Below, one piece after another: positions 1-10,908 of a stretch of DNA of 53,765 nt. Positions within the stretch are counted from its first letter, which is position 1, and each line of letters opens with the position of its first letter. The translations under genes and the position numbers were made by a program. This stretch comes from Burkholderiales bacterium (GTDB lineage: Bacteria; Pseudomonadota; Gammaproteobacteria; Burkholderiales; Burkholderiaceae_C): NCBI GenBank assembly GCA_038258415.1, contig JBBSPY010000001.1, forward strand, positions 1 to 53,765, written 5' to 3'. Under the pieces are notes generated by a model. It was not told the origin of the DNA. It saw only the letters and a list, made by a program, of their open reading frames with translations, and searched no databases.

Positions 1-408
1 CACCGTCGGGACGACGACCGGTTTTCCCTTGGTGACGGTCCGGGTCTCGCGGAGGATGCCGCCGCCGGCAACGCTGCCCGTCGTGGTCACGGTCTGGTTG
101 GGCTTGTTCGTGCCGTCGATGCGTGCCATGCAGTCGCCGCGCTCTTTCTCCGGCAGTCCCTTGCAGCGGTCGACGGCGGCCTGACGGGCGGCGGGCGTCA
201 GGCCATCGCGGCCGCGCTCGACCTTCGCCGCGCCCGCCTCGCGCATGCAGGTGGCGCGGTCCTCGGCGGTCTTGCCGGCTTCGCAGTCGGCGCGTTCCTT
301 TTGATACGTCGTTCCCGCCTTCGCAGCCGCATCGGCGGAGAGCGCGGGCGTCGCAACGGCGGCGATGAAAGCGAATGCGGCGACTAGGGCGAAGGTGCGT
401 GCGTTCAT
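1..408 (-). CDS. Secreted/periplasmic small protein with paired Cys residues (3' end runs off the window)
   Basis: Not in the ORF track; translated by hand: MNARTFALVAAFAFIAAVATPALSA (signal peptide), then YQKERADC...RATCMREAGAA...RCKGLP...DCMARIDG...GSVAGGGILRE. GGAG lies just upstream of the ATG and there is no stop before position 1. Confidence 0.8.
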   Translation of the reverse strand, partial: MNARTFALVAAFAFIAAVATPALSADAAAKAGTTYQKERADCEAGKTAEDRATCMREAGAAKVERGRDGLTPAARQAAVDRCKGLPEKERGDCMARIDGTNKPNQTVTTTGSVAGGGILRETRTVTKGKPVVVPTV

Positions 409-589
409 GCGCGACTCCGGTGCAGCGGATGGCCGCCACGTTACGTGGCCGCGCGTGCCCGATCCCGTAGGACGGTGCCGCAGCCTGTCGCAAGAAGTCA
501 CATCCAGAAGCGACGGGCGGGTCGTCATGCAGCGGAACCCGGAGGTATCCTGTCCAACCCCTCCGCACCTGCCATGTCCCGGCATTCGC

Positions 590-1123
590 GTGACTGCATC
601 CGCCATCTCATCCGCCGCCTTGCCAGACGAGAGCGGCTTCACGCTGATCGAACTGATGGTCGTGCTCGCGATCGTTGCCATCCTGGCGCTGATCGCCATT
701 CCCGGCATCCCCGATCGCGTGATCCGCGATCAGGTCGTCGAGGGTGTAAAGGCGATCGACTTCATGAAGGCCCCGATCGCAGCCTCGTGGTCTGCCCGGG
801 CCCGCCTGCCGGTCGACAACGCCGAGGCCGGCTTGCCGACCGCCGACCGCATCGTCAGCAGCTACGTGAGCAACGTCGCCGTCGAGTCGGGCGCGATCCA
901 GATCACCTTCGGCAACCAGGCCAACGCCAACCTGCGCGGCAAGACGCTCACGATGCGGCCGGGCGTGGTCGAAGACGCGCCGATCGTTCCGGTGGCCTGG
1001 GTCTGCGGTTTCGCCGAGCCACCGACCCGGATGGTCGCGCGCGGTCTCGACAAGACGACCGTGCCGACGCGCTGGCTGCCGTTCAACTGCCGCGCGCCTT
1101 CGCGGCCGGAGTCGGTCGGCTGA
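590..1123 (+). CDS. Type IV pilin (PilA-like)
   Basis: G|FTLIELMVVLAIVAILALIAIP prepilin motif with E+5, and a C-terminal Cys pair (WVCG...PFNC). The start is uncertain: GTG 590 was chosen and the track ORF from 365 looks over-extended. Confidence 0.85.
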   Translation: MTASAISSAALPDESGFTLIELMVVLAIVAILALIAIPGIPDRVIRDQVVEGVKAIDFMKAPIAASWSARARLPVDNAEAGLPTADRIVSSYVSNVAVESGAIQITFGNQANANLRGKTLTMRPGVVEDAPIVPVAWVCGFAEPPTRMVARGLDKTTVPTRWLPFNCRAPSRPESVG

Positions 1124-1189
1124 AGTCGAGGTGCGCGCTGCGACGCTCCTGCGGGCGTCCGGCGAGGAGACCTTACATTCCGACGGACC

Positions 1190-2425
1190 ATGTCGTCCGT
1201 TCTCGAGCGAGCCGCGCGCGGCCCCGACTTCGCCACGCTGCGCCTTGCCGGCAAGGACGTGCTCTCGCTCGCGCTGATCGAGACGCGCAACCGGACGCTG
1301 CGCTGGATCTCGGCGCTGGAAGCGGCCCCCGATGACGCCGCCTCGCTCTCGCTCCTGTGGACGCTCGGCCACATCGCCTGGTTCCAGGAACGCTGGACAG
1401 CGCGCAACGTGCAGCGTGGCCGCGGTGATCGTGCGGATCCCGCTGCACCGCGCCTGGCCTCGCTCGTCCCCGGCGTCGACGACGCGTTCGACCCTGACGC
1501 GATCGACCCGCGGCGGCGTGAGGTGCATGCCGCGACCGTGTTCGCCGACCTCTCGGCGGCGCGGGGCTACGCCGTCGAGACGCTCGAACTCGCCCTCGAC
1601 CTGCTCGACGCGACCCCCGACTTCGAGGGCGACGCTGCCGCCGACGACGCGCTCTACTGCTTTCGCCTCGCGCTGTTCCACGAGGCGATGCACGCGGAGC
1701 GCTTCGCCGAGCACGCCCAGGCGATCGGCGTCGACACCGGGCTCGTCGCACGACCCGCGGCGCTGGCGCCACGACCGCCGATCGCGCTGCCGGCGACGCG
1801 CTGGCTGCTCGGCATCCAGCCGCCCGGATTCGCGTTCGACGACCAGCAGCCGGCGCACGTCGTCGCGGTCCCCGAGTTCGAGATCGACGCGCAAGCGGTG
1901 AACTGGGCGCAGTACGCCGAGTTCGTCGAGGACGGGGGCTACGACGATGCGCAGCACTGGAGCGAGGCCGGCCGCGACTGGCTCGCTCGCGAAGGCCGGC
2001 GCGTGCCGCGCTTCGTCGAGCAGCTGCGCCACGGCGTCGTCCAGCGCCGCTTCGGCCGGGAGACTCGACTGCCGCTGCAGGCCGCCGTGGTCCACGTCAC
2101 CTGCCACGAGGCCGAGGCCTGGTGCCGGTGGGCCGGGCGACGGCTGCCGAGCGAGGTCGAGTGGGAAGCCGCAGCGCACCAGGGTGCGGGCCGCGGCTTC
2201 CGGCAGGGCGAAGTGCGCGAGTGGACGGCATCGACCTGGCGCGCCTGGCCGGGCCACGTCGCCGGGCCCTGGCGCGACCCGTCGGCTCCGGCGTTCGGCC
2301 AGGCGCGCGCGCTGCGCGGCGCTTCGGTCGCGACAGCGCAGGCGCTGCGCGGCCTGCGCCTGCGCGGAGCTGCCGAGCTCGATCGCGACGGCGGTTTCTC
2401 CGGCTTTCGCAGTTGCGCCGCCTGA
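1190..2425 (+). CDS. SenA/EgtB-family non-heme iron enzyme (DinB_2 + FGE-sulfatase-like domains)
   Basis: WTLGHIAWFQE and HEAMHAE iron-binding His motifs; RRLPSEVEWE and GFRSC motifs of the FGE-like domain. Confidence 0.85.
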   Translation: MSSVLERAARGPDFATLRLAGKDVLSLALIETRNRTLRWISALEAAPDDAASLSLLWTLGHIAWFQERWTARNVQRGRGDRADPAAPRLASLVPGVDDAFDPDAIDPRRREVHAATVFADLSAARGYAVETLELALDLLDATPDFEGDAAADDALYCFRLALFHEAMHAERFAEHAQAIGVDTGLVARPAALAPRPPIALPATRWLLGIQPPGFAFDDQQPAHVVAVPEFEIDAQAVNWAQYAEFVEDGGYDDAQHWSEAGRDWLAREGRRVPRFVEQLRHGVVQRRFGRETRLPLQAAVVHVTCHEAEAWCRWAGRRLPSEVEWEAAAHQGAGRGFRQGEVREWTASTWRAWPGHVAGPWRDPSAPAFGQARALRGASVATAQALRGLRLRGAAELDRDGGFSGFRSCAA

Positions 2426-3984
2426 TGACGGGCACCGGCCGCGCATGGGCTGCGATCCTTGCCGCGTTCGCCGTGCTGATGGGCGGTTGCGCCACCCTGC
2501 CGGATGATGTCGAGCGCACCAGCAGCCTCGCTGTCGCAGACGACGGGACAACGGCGCTCGGCCGCCTCGTCGCGGCGAGCCGGCCTGCCGGCACCGCCCC
2601 CGACCACTCCGGCTTCCGCCTGCTGCCCTCCGCCAACCACGCGTTCGCCGCGCGCGAGGAGTTGATCCGGCACGCCGAACGCAGCATCGATGCACAGTAT
2701 TACCTGCTGCGGCGCGACCAGGTCGGTCAGCAACTGCTTCGCGACCTTGCCGACGCGGCCCGCCGCGGCGTGCGCGTTCGGCTCCTCATCGACGATCTCT
2801 ACAGCGGCGGCGAGGAGGCCGTGCTGGCGGCGCTGGCGGAGTTGCCCCACGTCGAGGTGCGCATCTTCAACCCGCTGCCGGTGCGCGGCCGGTCGATCCT
2901 GCTGCGCCTGCTGTTCTCGCGCCATCAATTCGCGCGCGTCAATCACCGGATGCACAACAAGGTGCTCGTCGTCGACGGTGCCGTTTCCGTCACCGGCGGC
3001 CGCAACATCGCCGACGAGTACTTCATGACGAGCGGTGTCGCCAACTTCATCGACCTCGACGTGCTCGCCACGGGCCCGGTCGTCGCCGACTTCGAGGCCT
3101 CGTTCGACGCCTACTGGAACAGCCCGCACGTCTACCCCGCGGCGGCCATCCTGCCGCGCGTCGAGGACCCCGAGACGACCTTCGCCGTCGAGACGTCGTC
3201 GCCGCCGCCGCCGATGCCGCACGACGAGCGCGATCCACTCGGCCAAACGCCGGTGGAGCAGCAGATCGGCCGAGGGCGACTCGACCTGGTCTTCGCGCCG
3301 GCGCGTGTCTTCGCCGACAGCCCCGACAAGGTCGTCGATACCGACACGAAGACGCCGTCGGCGACGATGCGCAACACGCTGGCGGTGATCGGTGCCGCGC
3401 GCAGCGAAGCGATCCTGGTCTCGCCCTACTTCATCCCGGGCGACGTCGGCATGCCGATGATTCGAGCGGCCGCCGCGGCCGGCATCCGCACCGTCCTCTA
3501 CACCAACGCGCTCGGCGCGACCGACGAGCCGCTCGTGCACCGGCGATATGCGCGTTACCGCAAGGCCATGCTCGAGCTCGGCGTCGTCGTCTACGAGATC
3601 AGCCCGGTGCTCGCCCGCGACAGCGGCGACTTCGGCAACTTCGGCCGGTCGCTCGCGCGGCTGCACGCCAAGGCGGCGCTGATCGACCGGCGCTGGGTCT
3701 TCATCGGCTCGATGAACCTGGACGGTCGCTCCGCGGTCGGCAACACCGAGGTCGGGATGGTGATCGACAGTCCGCAGCTGGCGCAGGCCCTTTACGGGCT
3801 GGTGGATCGTGACCGCCACCGCAGCATGTACCGGGTGCGGCTCGGCCCCGACGACCGCGTCGAGTGGGTGTCGAGCGACCGGAACGGACGAGAGGCGGCG
3901 AGCACCGACGAACCCGACGACCACTGGTGGGAGCGCCTGAGGACCTGGCTCCTGCAACCCTTCATCGCCGAGGAGCTGCTGTGA
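2425..3984 (+). CDS. Phospholipase D family lipoprotein (cardiolipin synthase ClsC-like)
   Basis: Two HKD motifs ([16 protein letters not shown]), lipobox LMGGC; the ATG overlaps the upstream TGA (TGATG). Confidence 0.9.
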   Translation: MTGTGRAWAAILAAFAVLMGGCATLPDDVERTSSLAVADDGTTALGRLVAASRPAGTAPDHSGFRLLPSANHAFAAREELIRHAERSIDAQYYLLRRDQVGQQLLRDLADAARRGVRVRLLIDDLYSGGEEAVLAALAELPHVEVRIFNPLPVRGRSILLRLLFSRHQFARVNHRMHNKVLVVDGAVSVTGGRNIADEYFMTSGVANFIDLDVLATGPVVADFEASFDAYWNSPHVYPAAAILPRVEDPETTFAVETSSPPPPMPHDERDPLGQTPVEQQIGRGRLDLVFAPARVFADSPDKVVDTDTKTPSATMRNTLAVIGAARSEAILVSPYFIPGDVGMPMIRAAAAAGIRTVLYTNALGATDEPLVHRRYARYRKAMLELGVVVYEISPVLARDSGDFGNFGRSLARLHAKAALIDRRWVFIGSMNLDGRSAVGNTEVGMVIDSPQLAQALYGLVDRDRHRSMYRVRLGPDDRVEWVSSDRNGREAASTDEPDDHWWERLRTWLLQPFIAEELL

Positions 3985-4910
3985 GTGGCCCGGCATCCGA
4001 ATTGCCGAGCACGCGCATGAAAAGCAACGCACCCGACGCGGGCGACGGCGAACCGGCCGACGTGAAGCAGCACGACGCGATGCCGTCGAAGAGCCCGCGC
4101 GAGGAAAAGCGCGAGGCCGTGGAGGCGGAGGAGCGCGCCGCTCCGAGCGGCCGTGTCGTCTACAAGGCGATCCTGGCCGAAGGCGAGGAGGAACTCGAAC
4201 GGACGACGTCGGCGCTGTTCTGGTCGGGAATCGCAGCCGGGCTGTCGATGGGCTTCTCGCTGTTCGCGCAGGCCATCCTGACGACCTACCTGCCCGATGC
4301 GCCATGGCGACCGCTGGTCGCCAAGTTCGGCTACTGCTTCGGCTTCCTGGTCGTCGTGCTCGGCCGGCAGCAGCTGTTCACGGAGAACACGCTGACGCCG
4401 ATCCTGCCGCTGCTGCAGAACCGCACCCTGAACACGCTCGCCAACGTCGGACGACTGTGGGGGGTGGTCCTCGTGGCCAATCTGCTCGGGGCGCTGGCGA
4501 TCGCCTACATCGCGGTGCATGCGCCGCTGCTGGACGAGGATGTGCGTCGAACCGCCATCGAGATCGGCCGCCACGAGCTGGCGCACGGCTTCGGAACGAC
4601 GCTGCTTCGCGGCATCGTCGCCGGATGGCTGCTGGCGCTGATGGTGTGGCTGCTGCCGTTCGCCGAAGTGGCGCGAATCTGGGTGATCGTCTTCATCACC
4701 TATCTCGTCGGCATCGGCGGTTTCGCGCACATCATCGCCGGGTCGCTCAGCGCCTTCGCCTACGCCGCGAGCGAGCCGGGTCACTGGATCGAGGTCGTCA
4801 CGGGCTTCTGCATTCCCACGCTCATCGGCAACATCCTCGGCGGCGTCACGCTCGTCGCAGCGCTCGGGCATGCGCAGGTCGTCGCGGGCAGCGACGAGGA
4901 GACGGTCTAG
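3981..4910 (+). CDS. Formate/nitrite transporter family protein (YfdC-like)
   Basis: EGEEELERT...[12 protein letters not shown] and [11 protein letters not shown] motifs, multiple TM helices, HIIAGS. GTG 3981 overlaps the upstream stop; ATG 4017 is an alternative start. Confidence 0.85.
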   Translation: MSGPASELPSTRMKSNAPDAGDGEPADVKQHDAMPSKSPREEKREAVEAEERAAPSGRVVYKAILAEGEEELERTTSALFWSGIAAGLSMGFSLFAQAILTTYLPDAPWRPLVAKFGYCFGFLVVVLGRQQLFTENTLTPILPLLQNRTLNTLANVGRLWGVVLVANLLGALAIAYIAVHAPLLDEDVRRTAIEIGRHELAHGFGTTLLRGIVAGWLLALMVWLLPFAEVARIWVIVFITYLVGIGGFAHIIAGSLSAFAYAASEPGHWIEVVTGFCIPTLIGNILGGVTLVAALGHAQVVAGSDEETV

Positions 4911-4920
4911 GGAATTCCCT
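4909..4920. promoter_or_regulatory. Perfect palindrome AGGGAATTCCCT upstream of coxS, candidate operator
   Basis: 12-bp palindrome; a related AGGGCTTTCCCT occurs at 43600-43611. Confidence 0.35.
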
Positions 4921-4994
4921 CGCTGTCCACTGTAGGCGGAGCGCCGAACAATGCGCCGCATGCCCTCGCACCCGCGAGGCGGAGCCATCGCACC

Positions 4995-5474
<480 letters not shown>

Positions 5475-5494
5475 CCGGCACGCAGGAGCACGAC

Positions 5495-7870
5495 ATGGGC
5501 AACATGAACGAGCTGAAGGACACCGGTCCGATCGGCAAGAGCCTGAAGCGGCGCGAAGACGCGCGCTTCCTCACCGGCGCCGGCCGCTACACCGACGACA
5601 TCACCGAGCACCGGCAGTCGCATGCGGTGTTCGTGCGCAGCCCGCACGCGCACGCCCGCATCGGCGAGATCCGGCTCGACGCGGCGAAGCAGTCGCCCGG
5701 CGTGCTTGCGATCTTCACCGGCGCCGATCTCGCCGAGGCCAAGGTCGGCGGTCTGCCGTGCGGCTGGCTGATCCACAGCAAGGACGGCTCGCCGATGAAG
5801 GAGCCGCCGCACCCGGTGCTCGCGCAGGGCAAGGTGCGGCACGTGGGCGACCAGGTCGTGCTCGTCGTCGCCGAGACGGCGCTGCAGGCGAAGGACGCGG
5901 CCGAGCTCGTCGAGGTGGTGTACGAGGAGCTGCCGGCGGTGGTCGACACGGCGACCGCGGCCGACGCGACGTCTTCGGTGCACGACGACGTCGTGGGCAA
6001 CGTCTGCTACGACTGGTCGCACGGCGACGCGGCGGCGGTCGACGCGGCGATGGCCAAGGCGGCGCACGTGACCAGCCTCTCCTTCGTCAACAACCGGCTG
6101 ATCCCGAACGCGATGGAGCCTCGCGCCGTCAACGTGTCGTGGACGCGGGCCGACGACAGCTACGTGCTCTACGTGTCGAACCAGAACCCGCACGTCGAGC
6201 GGCTGCTGATGTGCGCCTTCGTTCTCGGCCTGCCCGAGTCGAAGGTGCGGGTGATCGCGCCCGACGTCGGTGGCGGCTTCGGCTCGAAGATCTTCCTGTA
6301 CCCGGAAGACGTCGCGCTGCTGTGGGCGAGCAAGCGCGTCGGCCGGCCGATCAAGTGGACGGCCGAGCGCAGCGAGTCGTTCCTCACCGACGCGCATGGC
6401 CGCGACCACGTGACCAGCGCCGAGATGGGCATGGACGCCGACGGTCACTTCCTCGCGTTTCGCGTGAAGACCGTCGCCAACATGGGCGCCTACCTGTCGA
6501 CGTTCGCGTCGTCGGTGCCGACCATCCTCTACGCGACGCTGCTCTCGGGGCAGTACAAGACGCCGGCGATCCACTGCGAGGTCAAGGCCGTGTTCACCAA
6601 CACCGCCCCGGTCGACGCCTACCGCGGCGCCGGAAGGCCGGAGGCGACCTACGTCGTCGAGCGCATCGTCGAGCAGTGCGCGCGCGAGATGAAGCTCGAC
6701 CCGGTCGACATCCGCCGCCGCAACTTCGTCACCGAGTTCCCCTTCGCGAGTCCGGTCGGGCTGACCTACGACACCGGCGACTACGCGGCGCACCTCGACA
6801 AGGCGATCCAGATGGCCGACGTCGCCGGATACGCCGCACGCAAGGCCGAGTCGGAGGCGAAAGGGAAGAAGCGCGGTCTGGGCTACTCGTGCTACATCGA
6901 GGCGTGCGGCCTCGCGCCGTCGAACATCGCCGGCGCGCTCGGCGCGCGGGCCGGCCTGTTCGAGGCCGGCGAGGTGCGGGTGCACCCGACCGGCTCGGTG
7001 ACGGTGTTCACCGGCTCGCACAGCCACGGCCAGGGCCACGAGACGACGTTCGCGCAGGTCGTCGCAGGCCGGCTCGGCATCCCGGTCGAGAGCGTCGAGA
7101 TCGTCCACGGCGACACCGGTCGCGTGCCGTTCGGCATGGGCACCTACGGCAGTCGGTCGCTCTCGGTCGGCGGCACGGCGATCGTCAAGGCAGTCGACAA
7201 GATCATCGCCAAGGGCAAGAAGATCGCCGCCCACCTGCTCGAGGCGAGCGACGCCGACATCGAGTTCGCCAACGGCGAATTCACGGTCGCGGGCACCGAC
7301 AAGAAGGTGCCGTGGGGCTCGGTCACGCTCACGGCCTACGTGCCGCACAACTACCCGCTCGACAAGATGGAGCCGGGGCTGAACGAGAACGCGTTCTACG
7401 ACCCGACCAACTTCACCTATCCGTCGGGCACCTATATCTGCGAGGTCGAGGTCGACACCGACACGGGGCAGGTCGCGATCGCGAAGTTCACGGCGTGCGA
7501 CGACTTCGGCAACATCGTCAACCCGATGATCGTCGAGGGCCAGGTGCAGGGCGGCATCGCGCAGGGACTCGGCCAGGCGATGATGGAAAGCTGCATCTAC
7601 GACACCGAGTCGGGCCAGTTGCTGACCGGCTCGTACATGGACTACGCGATGCCGCGCGCCGTCGACATTCCCAACATCGACATCTCGACCACCGTCACGC
7701 CGTGCACGCACAACCCGCTCGGCGTGAAGGGCTGCGGCGAGGCCGGCGCGATCGGCTCGCCGCCTGCCTACATCAACGCCCTCACCGACGCGCTCGGCAT
7801 CCGCGACCTGGCGATGCCGGCAACGCCGGAGCGGGTCTGGCGCGCGGCGAACGGCACCGCGGTGGCCTGA
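5495..7870 (+). CDS. coxL: Molybdopterin large subunit, CoxL form II type
   Basis: [16 protein letters not shown] active-site loop and KGCGEAG; AGGAG RBS before ATG 5495. Confidence 0.9.
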   Translation: MGNMNELKDTGPIGKSLKRREDARFLTGAGRYTDDITEHRQSHAVFVRSPHAHARIGEIRLDAAKQSPGVLAIFTGADLAEAKVGGLPCGWLIHSKDGSPMKEPPHPVLAQGKVRHVGDQVVLVVAETALQAKDAAELVEVVYEELPAVVDTATAADATSSVHDDVVGNVCYDWSHGDAAAVDAAMAKAAHVTSLSFVNNRLIPNAMEPRAVNVSWTRADDSYVLYVSNQNPHVERLLMCAFVLGLPESKVRVIAPDVGGGFGSKIFLYPEDVALLWASKRVGRPIKWTAERSESFLTDAHGRDHVTSAEMGMDADGHFLAFRVKTVANMGAYLSTFASSVPTILYATLLSGQYKTPAIHCEVKAVFTNTAPVDAYRGAGRPEATYVVERIVEQCAREMKLDPVDIRRRNFVTEFPFASPVGLTYDTGDYAAHLDKAIQMADVAGYAARKAESEAKGKKRGLGYSCYIEACGLAPSNIAGALGARAGLFEAGEVRVHPTGSVTVFTGSHSHGQGHETTFAQVVAGRLGIPVESVEIVHGDTGRVPFGMGTYGSRSLSVGGTAIVKAVDKIIAKGKKIAAHLLEASDADIEFANGEFTVAGTDKKVPWGSVTLTAYVPHNYPLDKMEPGLNENAFYDPTNFTYPSGTYICEVEVDTDTGQVAIAKFTACDDFGNIVNPMIVEGQVQGGIAQGLGQAMMESCIYDTESGQLLTGSYMDYAMPRAVDIPNIDISTTVTPCTHNPLGVKGCGEAGAIGSPPAYINALTDALGIRDLAMPATPERVWRAANGTAVA

Positions 7871-7897
7871 CGCCATCTCACCGAACAGGAGACTTCG

Positions 7898-8695
7898 ATG
7901 TACGCATTTGAATACCAGCGTCCGGCAGCGGCCGACGCCGCAAAGGCCGCCGTGACCAGCGCCGACGCGCGTTATCTCGCCGGGGGCCAGAGCCTGATCC
8001 AGGCGATGCGTTTGCGGCTGTCGCAATCGGACCGCCTCGTCGACCTCGGCGGCATCGCCGAGCTCAAGGCGATCAAGTCCGAGGGCAATGGCGTGACGAT
8101 CGGCGCGATGGCCACGCATGCGCAGGTCGCCGCCAACGCCGACGTGCGGCGCGTCGCCCCTGCCATCGCCGACCTCGCCGGCGGCATCGGCGACCCTATG
8201 GTGCGCAACATGGGCACCATCGGCGGTTCGCTCGCGAACTCCGACCCGGCGGCGTGCTACCCGGCGGGCGTCCTCGCCTTCGGCGCGACGATCAAGACCG
8301 ACCGCCGCAGCATCGCCGCCGACGATTTCTTCACCGGCCTCTACGAAACGGCGTTGCAGCCGGGCGAGATGATCGTCTCGGTGAGCTTCCCGGCGATCAG
8401 AGTAGCCGACTACATCAAGTACAAGCAGCCGGCGTCGCGCTTCGCGCTCATCGGCGTGTGCGTCGCCCAGGCGAAGGACGGCGTTCGCGTCGGCGTCACG
8501 GGAGCGAAGGGCCACGCCTTTCGCGCCACCGAGATCGAGGCTGCGCTCGGCAAGAGCTTCACGCCCGAGGCGGCCAAGGCCGTGAAGATGCCGACGACCG
8601 ACATCAACGCCGACTTGCACGGCTCCGCCGAGTACCGTGCGGCGATGATCAGCGTCATCGCGTCGCGCGCAGTGGAAGCAGCGCTCAGGCGCTGA
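7898..8695 (+). CDS. coxM: Molybdenum hydroxylase FAD medium subunit
   Basis: LAGGQSL and RNMGTIGGS FAD-binding motifs; AGGAG RBS. Confidence 0.9.
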   Translation: MYAFEYQRPAAADAAKAAVTSADARYLAGGQSLIQAMRLRLSQSDRLVDLGGIAELKAIKSEGNGVTIGAMATHAQVAANADVRRVAPAIADLAGGIGDPMVRNMGTIGGSLANSDPAACYPAGVLAFGATIKTDRRSIAADDFFTGLYETALQPGEMIVSVSFPAIRVADYIKYKQPASRFALIGVCVAQAKDGVRVGVTGAKGHAFRATEIEAALGKSFTPEAAKAVKMPTTDINADLHGSAEYRAAMISVIASRAVEAALRR

Positions 8696-8729
8696 CGGCT
8701 CGCCACCCGCCGGGCGGGAGCGGGCGACA

Positions 8730-9671
8730 ATGACCGCGATGAACCCGCCCGCCTCCGTCGACGACGTCGTCGCGCTGCTCGCCGGCGAGGATTACGTCGC
8801 CGACCGGCGCCTCGCCACGGCGACCTTCCTCGCCCTGTCGCTCAGGCGCCCGTTGTTCCTCGAAGGCGAGCCCGGCGTCGGCAAGACCGAGCTCGCCAAG
8901 GCGCTCGCCTCCGCGCTCGGCACGCGCCTGATCCGCGTGCAGTGCTACGACGGCCTGGACATCGCGCAGACCGCCTACGAATGGAACGTGGCACGGCAGA
9001 TGATGGCCATCCGCCTCGCCGAGGCGGCGCATGCCGTCACCGACACCGCGTCTCGCGAGGCCCTCGCCGCGAGCCTGTATTCGCGCGACATGCTGATCGA
9101 GCGGCCGTTGCTCCAGGCGCTTACCCAGGACGTTGCCCCGGTCCTGCTCATAGACGAGCTCGACCGTGCCGACGAGCCGTTCGACGCCTTCCTGCTCGAG
9201 GTGCTGGCCGAGAACCAGCTGACGATTCCCGAGCTCGGCACGGTGCGCGCGACGGCGCCGCCGATCGTCGTCGTCACGAGCAACCGCACACGCGAGATCC
9301 ACGACGCGCTGAAGCGACGCTGCCTCTACCACTGGCTCGACTACCCCGACGCGGCGCGTGAGCTGGAGATCGTGCGCCTGCGCGCGCCGGGGGCTGCCGA
9401 GCGGTTGTCGGCCGACGTCGTCGCCTTCGTGCAGCGGATGCGCGGGGTCGATCTGTACAAGTCGCCGGGCATCGCCGAGACGATCGACTGGGCCAACGCA
9501 CTGACCGCACTCGACGCCATGAGCCTCGACCCGGAGTCGGTTCACGACACGCTCGGCGTGCTCCTCAAGCACCGCGACGACGTGCAGAAGATGCAGGGCG
9601 GCGAGCTGGCGAAGCTGCTCGCCGAGGCGCAGGCCGGTGCTCGGCGCGACCCGGCGCTGCGCTCCGGATGA
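8730..9671 (+). CDS. coxD: MoxR-family AAA+ ATPase
   Basis: Walker A GEPGVGKT, Walker B LLIDE, HDALKRRC. The start may be ATG 8739. Confidence 0.88.
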   Translation: MTAMNPPASVDDVVALLAGEDYVADRRLATATFLALSLRRPLFLEGEPGVGKTELAKALASALGTRLIRVQCYDGLDIAQTAYEWNVARQMMAIRLAEAAHAVTDTASREALAASLYSRDMLIERPLLQALTQDVAPVLLIDELDRADEPFDAFLLEVLAENQLTIPELGTVRATAPPIVVVTSNRTREIHDALKRRCLYHWLDYPDAARELEIVRLRAPGAAERLSADVVAFVQRMRGVDLYKSPGIAETIDWANALTALDAMSLDPESVHDTLGVLLKHRDDVQKMQGGELAKLLAEAQAGARRDPALRSG

Positions 9672-10888
9672 CCGCGATGACCGGTGGTGGCGAGGAGGCC
9701 CCCGCCGTGCGGTCGTCTTCGCGGTTCGCCGACAACGTGGCCCACTTCGCACGCGTGCTGCGGCGCGCCGGTGTCGCGGTCGGGCCCGACCGCTTGCTGG
9801 CGGCCATCGAGGCGATCGAGCGCGTCGGTCTCGCCAGGCGCGACGACGTGCATGCCGCGCTGTCGGCCGTGATGCTCGATCGGCGCGAGCAGCAGCCGGT
9901 GTTCGACGCCGCCTTCGCCGCGTTCTGGCGCGACCCGAAGCTGCTCGAGCAAATGATGGCGATGCTGCTGCCCAAGGTGACGGGGCAGGCCGAGCGACCG
10001 GCGCGGCCGGACCGGGTGGCCGAGGCGCTCGCGCCGCCACGGCGCGACGAGCGGCCAGCGCCTCGCGAGTCGGAAGACGACCCGCGAGAGGTCGACCTCG
10101 AGGCGACCTTCACCTTCAGCGACCGCGAGCGCCTGCAGCGCGCCGATTTCGAGGCGATGTCGAGCGAGGAGTTTGCGCTCGCCCGGCGGCTGGCCGAGGA
10201 GGTGCCGCTGCCGGTCGAGCGGATCGTGCGCCGCCGCCACCGACCGAGCACGCGCGGCAGGATCGACCTGCGCGCGACGCTGCGCGCGATGGCCCGGCAG
10301 CCGCACACGCTCGTGCCGCGCCACACCGAGCCCCGCACCGAGTGGCCGGCGATCGTCGTCCTGCTCGACATCTCGGGCTCGATGGACCGCTACGCGCGGC
10401 TGATGCTGCACTACGCGCACGGCCTCACGCGGCGCCACCTGCGCGTCTCGACTTTCACCTTCGGCACGCGGCTGACGAACATCACGCGGGCGCTGCGCAA
10501 TCGCGACCCCGACGTGGCGCTGGCGATCGCCGACGCGCAGGTCGCCGACTGGAAGGGCGGCACGCGGATCGCCGCCTGTCTCGACGACTTCAACCACCGC
10601 TGGGCGCGACGCGTGCTGGGTGCGAACACCGCAGTGATGCTCGTCACCGACGGTCTCGACACCGATGTCCAAGGCGAGCTCACGCGAGCCGCCAGGCAGC
10701 TGCGCCTCTACGCGCGGCAAATCGTCTGGCTCAACCCGCTGCTGCGCTTCGACCGCTTCGAGCCGCGCGCCGCCGGCATCCGCGCCCTGCTGCCGCAGGT
10801 CGACCGCATGCTGCCGATGCACAACCTGCAGAGCCTCGCCGATCTCGCGCGAGCGATGCGCGGCGCGACGGCGCGGCCGCTCCACTGA
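9668..10888 (+). CDS. coxE: VWA-domain accessory protein
   Basis: MIDAS motif DISGSM, GGTRIA, TDGLD and WLNPL; ATGA overlap with coxD. Confidence 0.88.
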   Translation: MTAMTGGGEEAPAVRSSSRFADNVAHFARVLRRAGVAVGPDRLLAAIEAIERVGLARRDDVHAALSAVMLDRREQQPVFDAAFAAFWRDPKLLEQMMAMLLPKVTGQAERPARPDRVAEALAPPRRDERPAPRESEDDPREVDLEATFTFSDRERLQRADFEAMSSEEFALARRLAEEVPLPVERIVRRRHRPSTRGRIDLRATLRAMARQPHTLVPRHTEPRTEWPAIVVLLDISGSMDRYARLMLHYAHGLTRRHLRVSTFTFGTRLTNITRALRNRDPDVALAIADAQVADWKGGTRIAACLDDFNHRWARRVLGANTAVMLVTDGLDTDVQGELTRAARQLRLYARQIVWLNPLLRFDRFEPRAAGIRALLPQVDRMLPMHNLQSLADLARAMRGATARPLH

Positions 10889-10908
10889 TCCTCACGGAGA
10901 CGCTACCC

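Noticed and set aside
1190-2425. Calling the gene senA or egtB outright
   Set aside because: Partner genes are absent and the recalled substrate-binding motifs are altered.
5495-7870. Calling this a true aerobic CO dehydrogenase
   Set aside because: It has AYRGAGR rather than the Cu-binding AYXCSFR motif.
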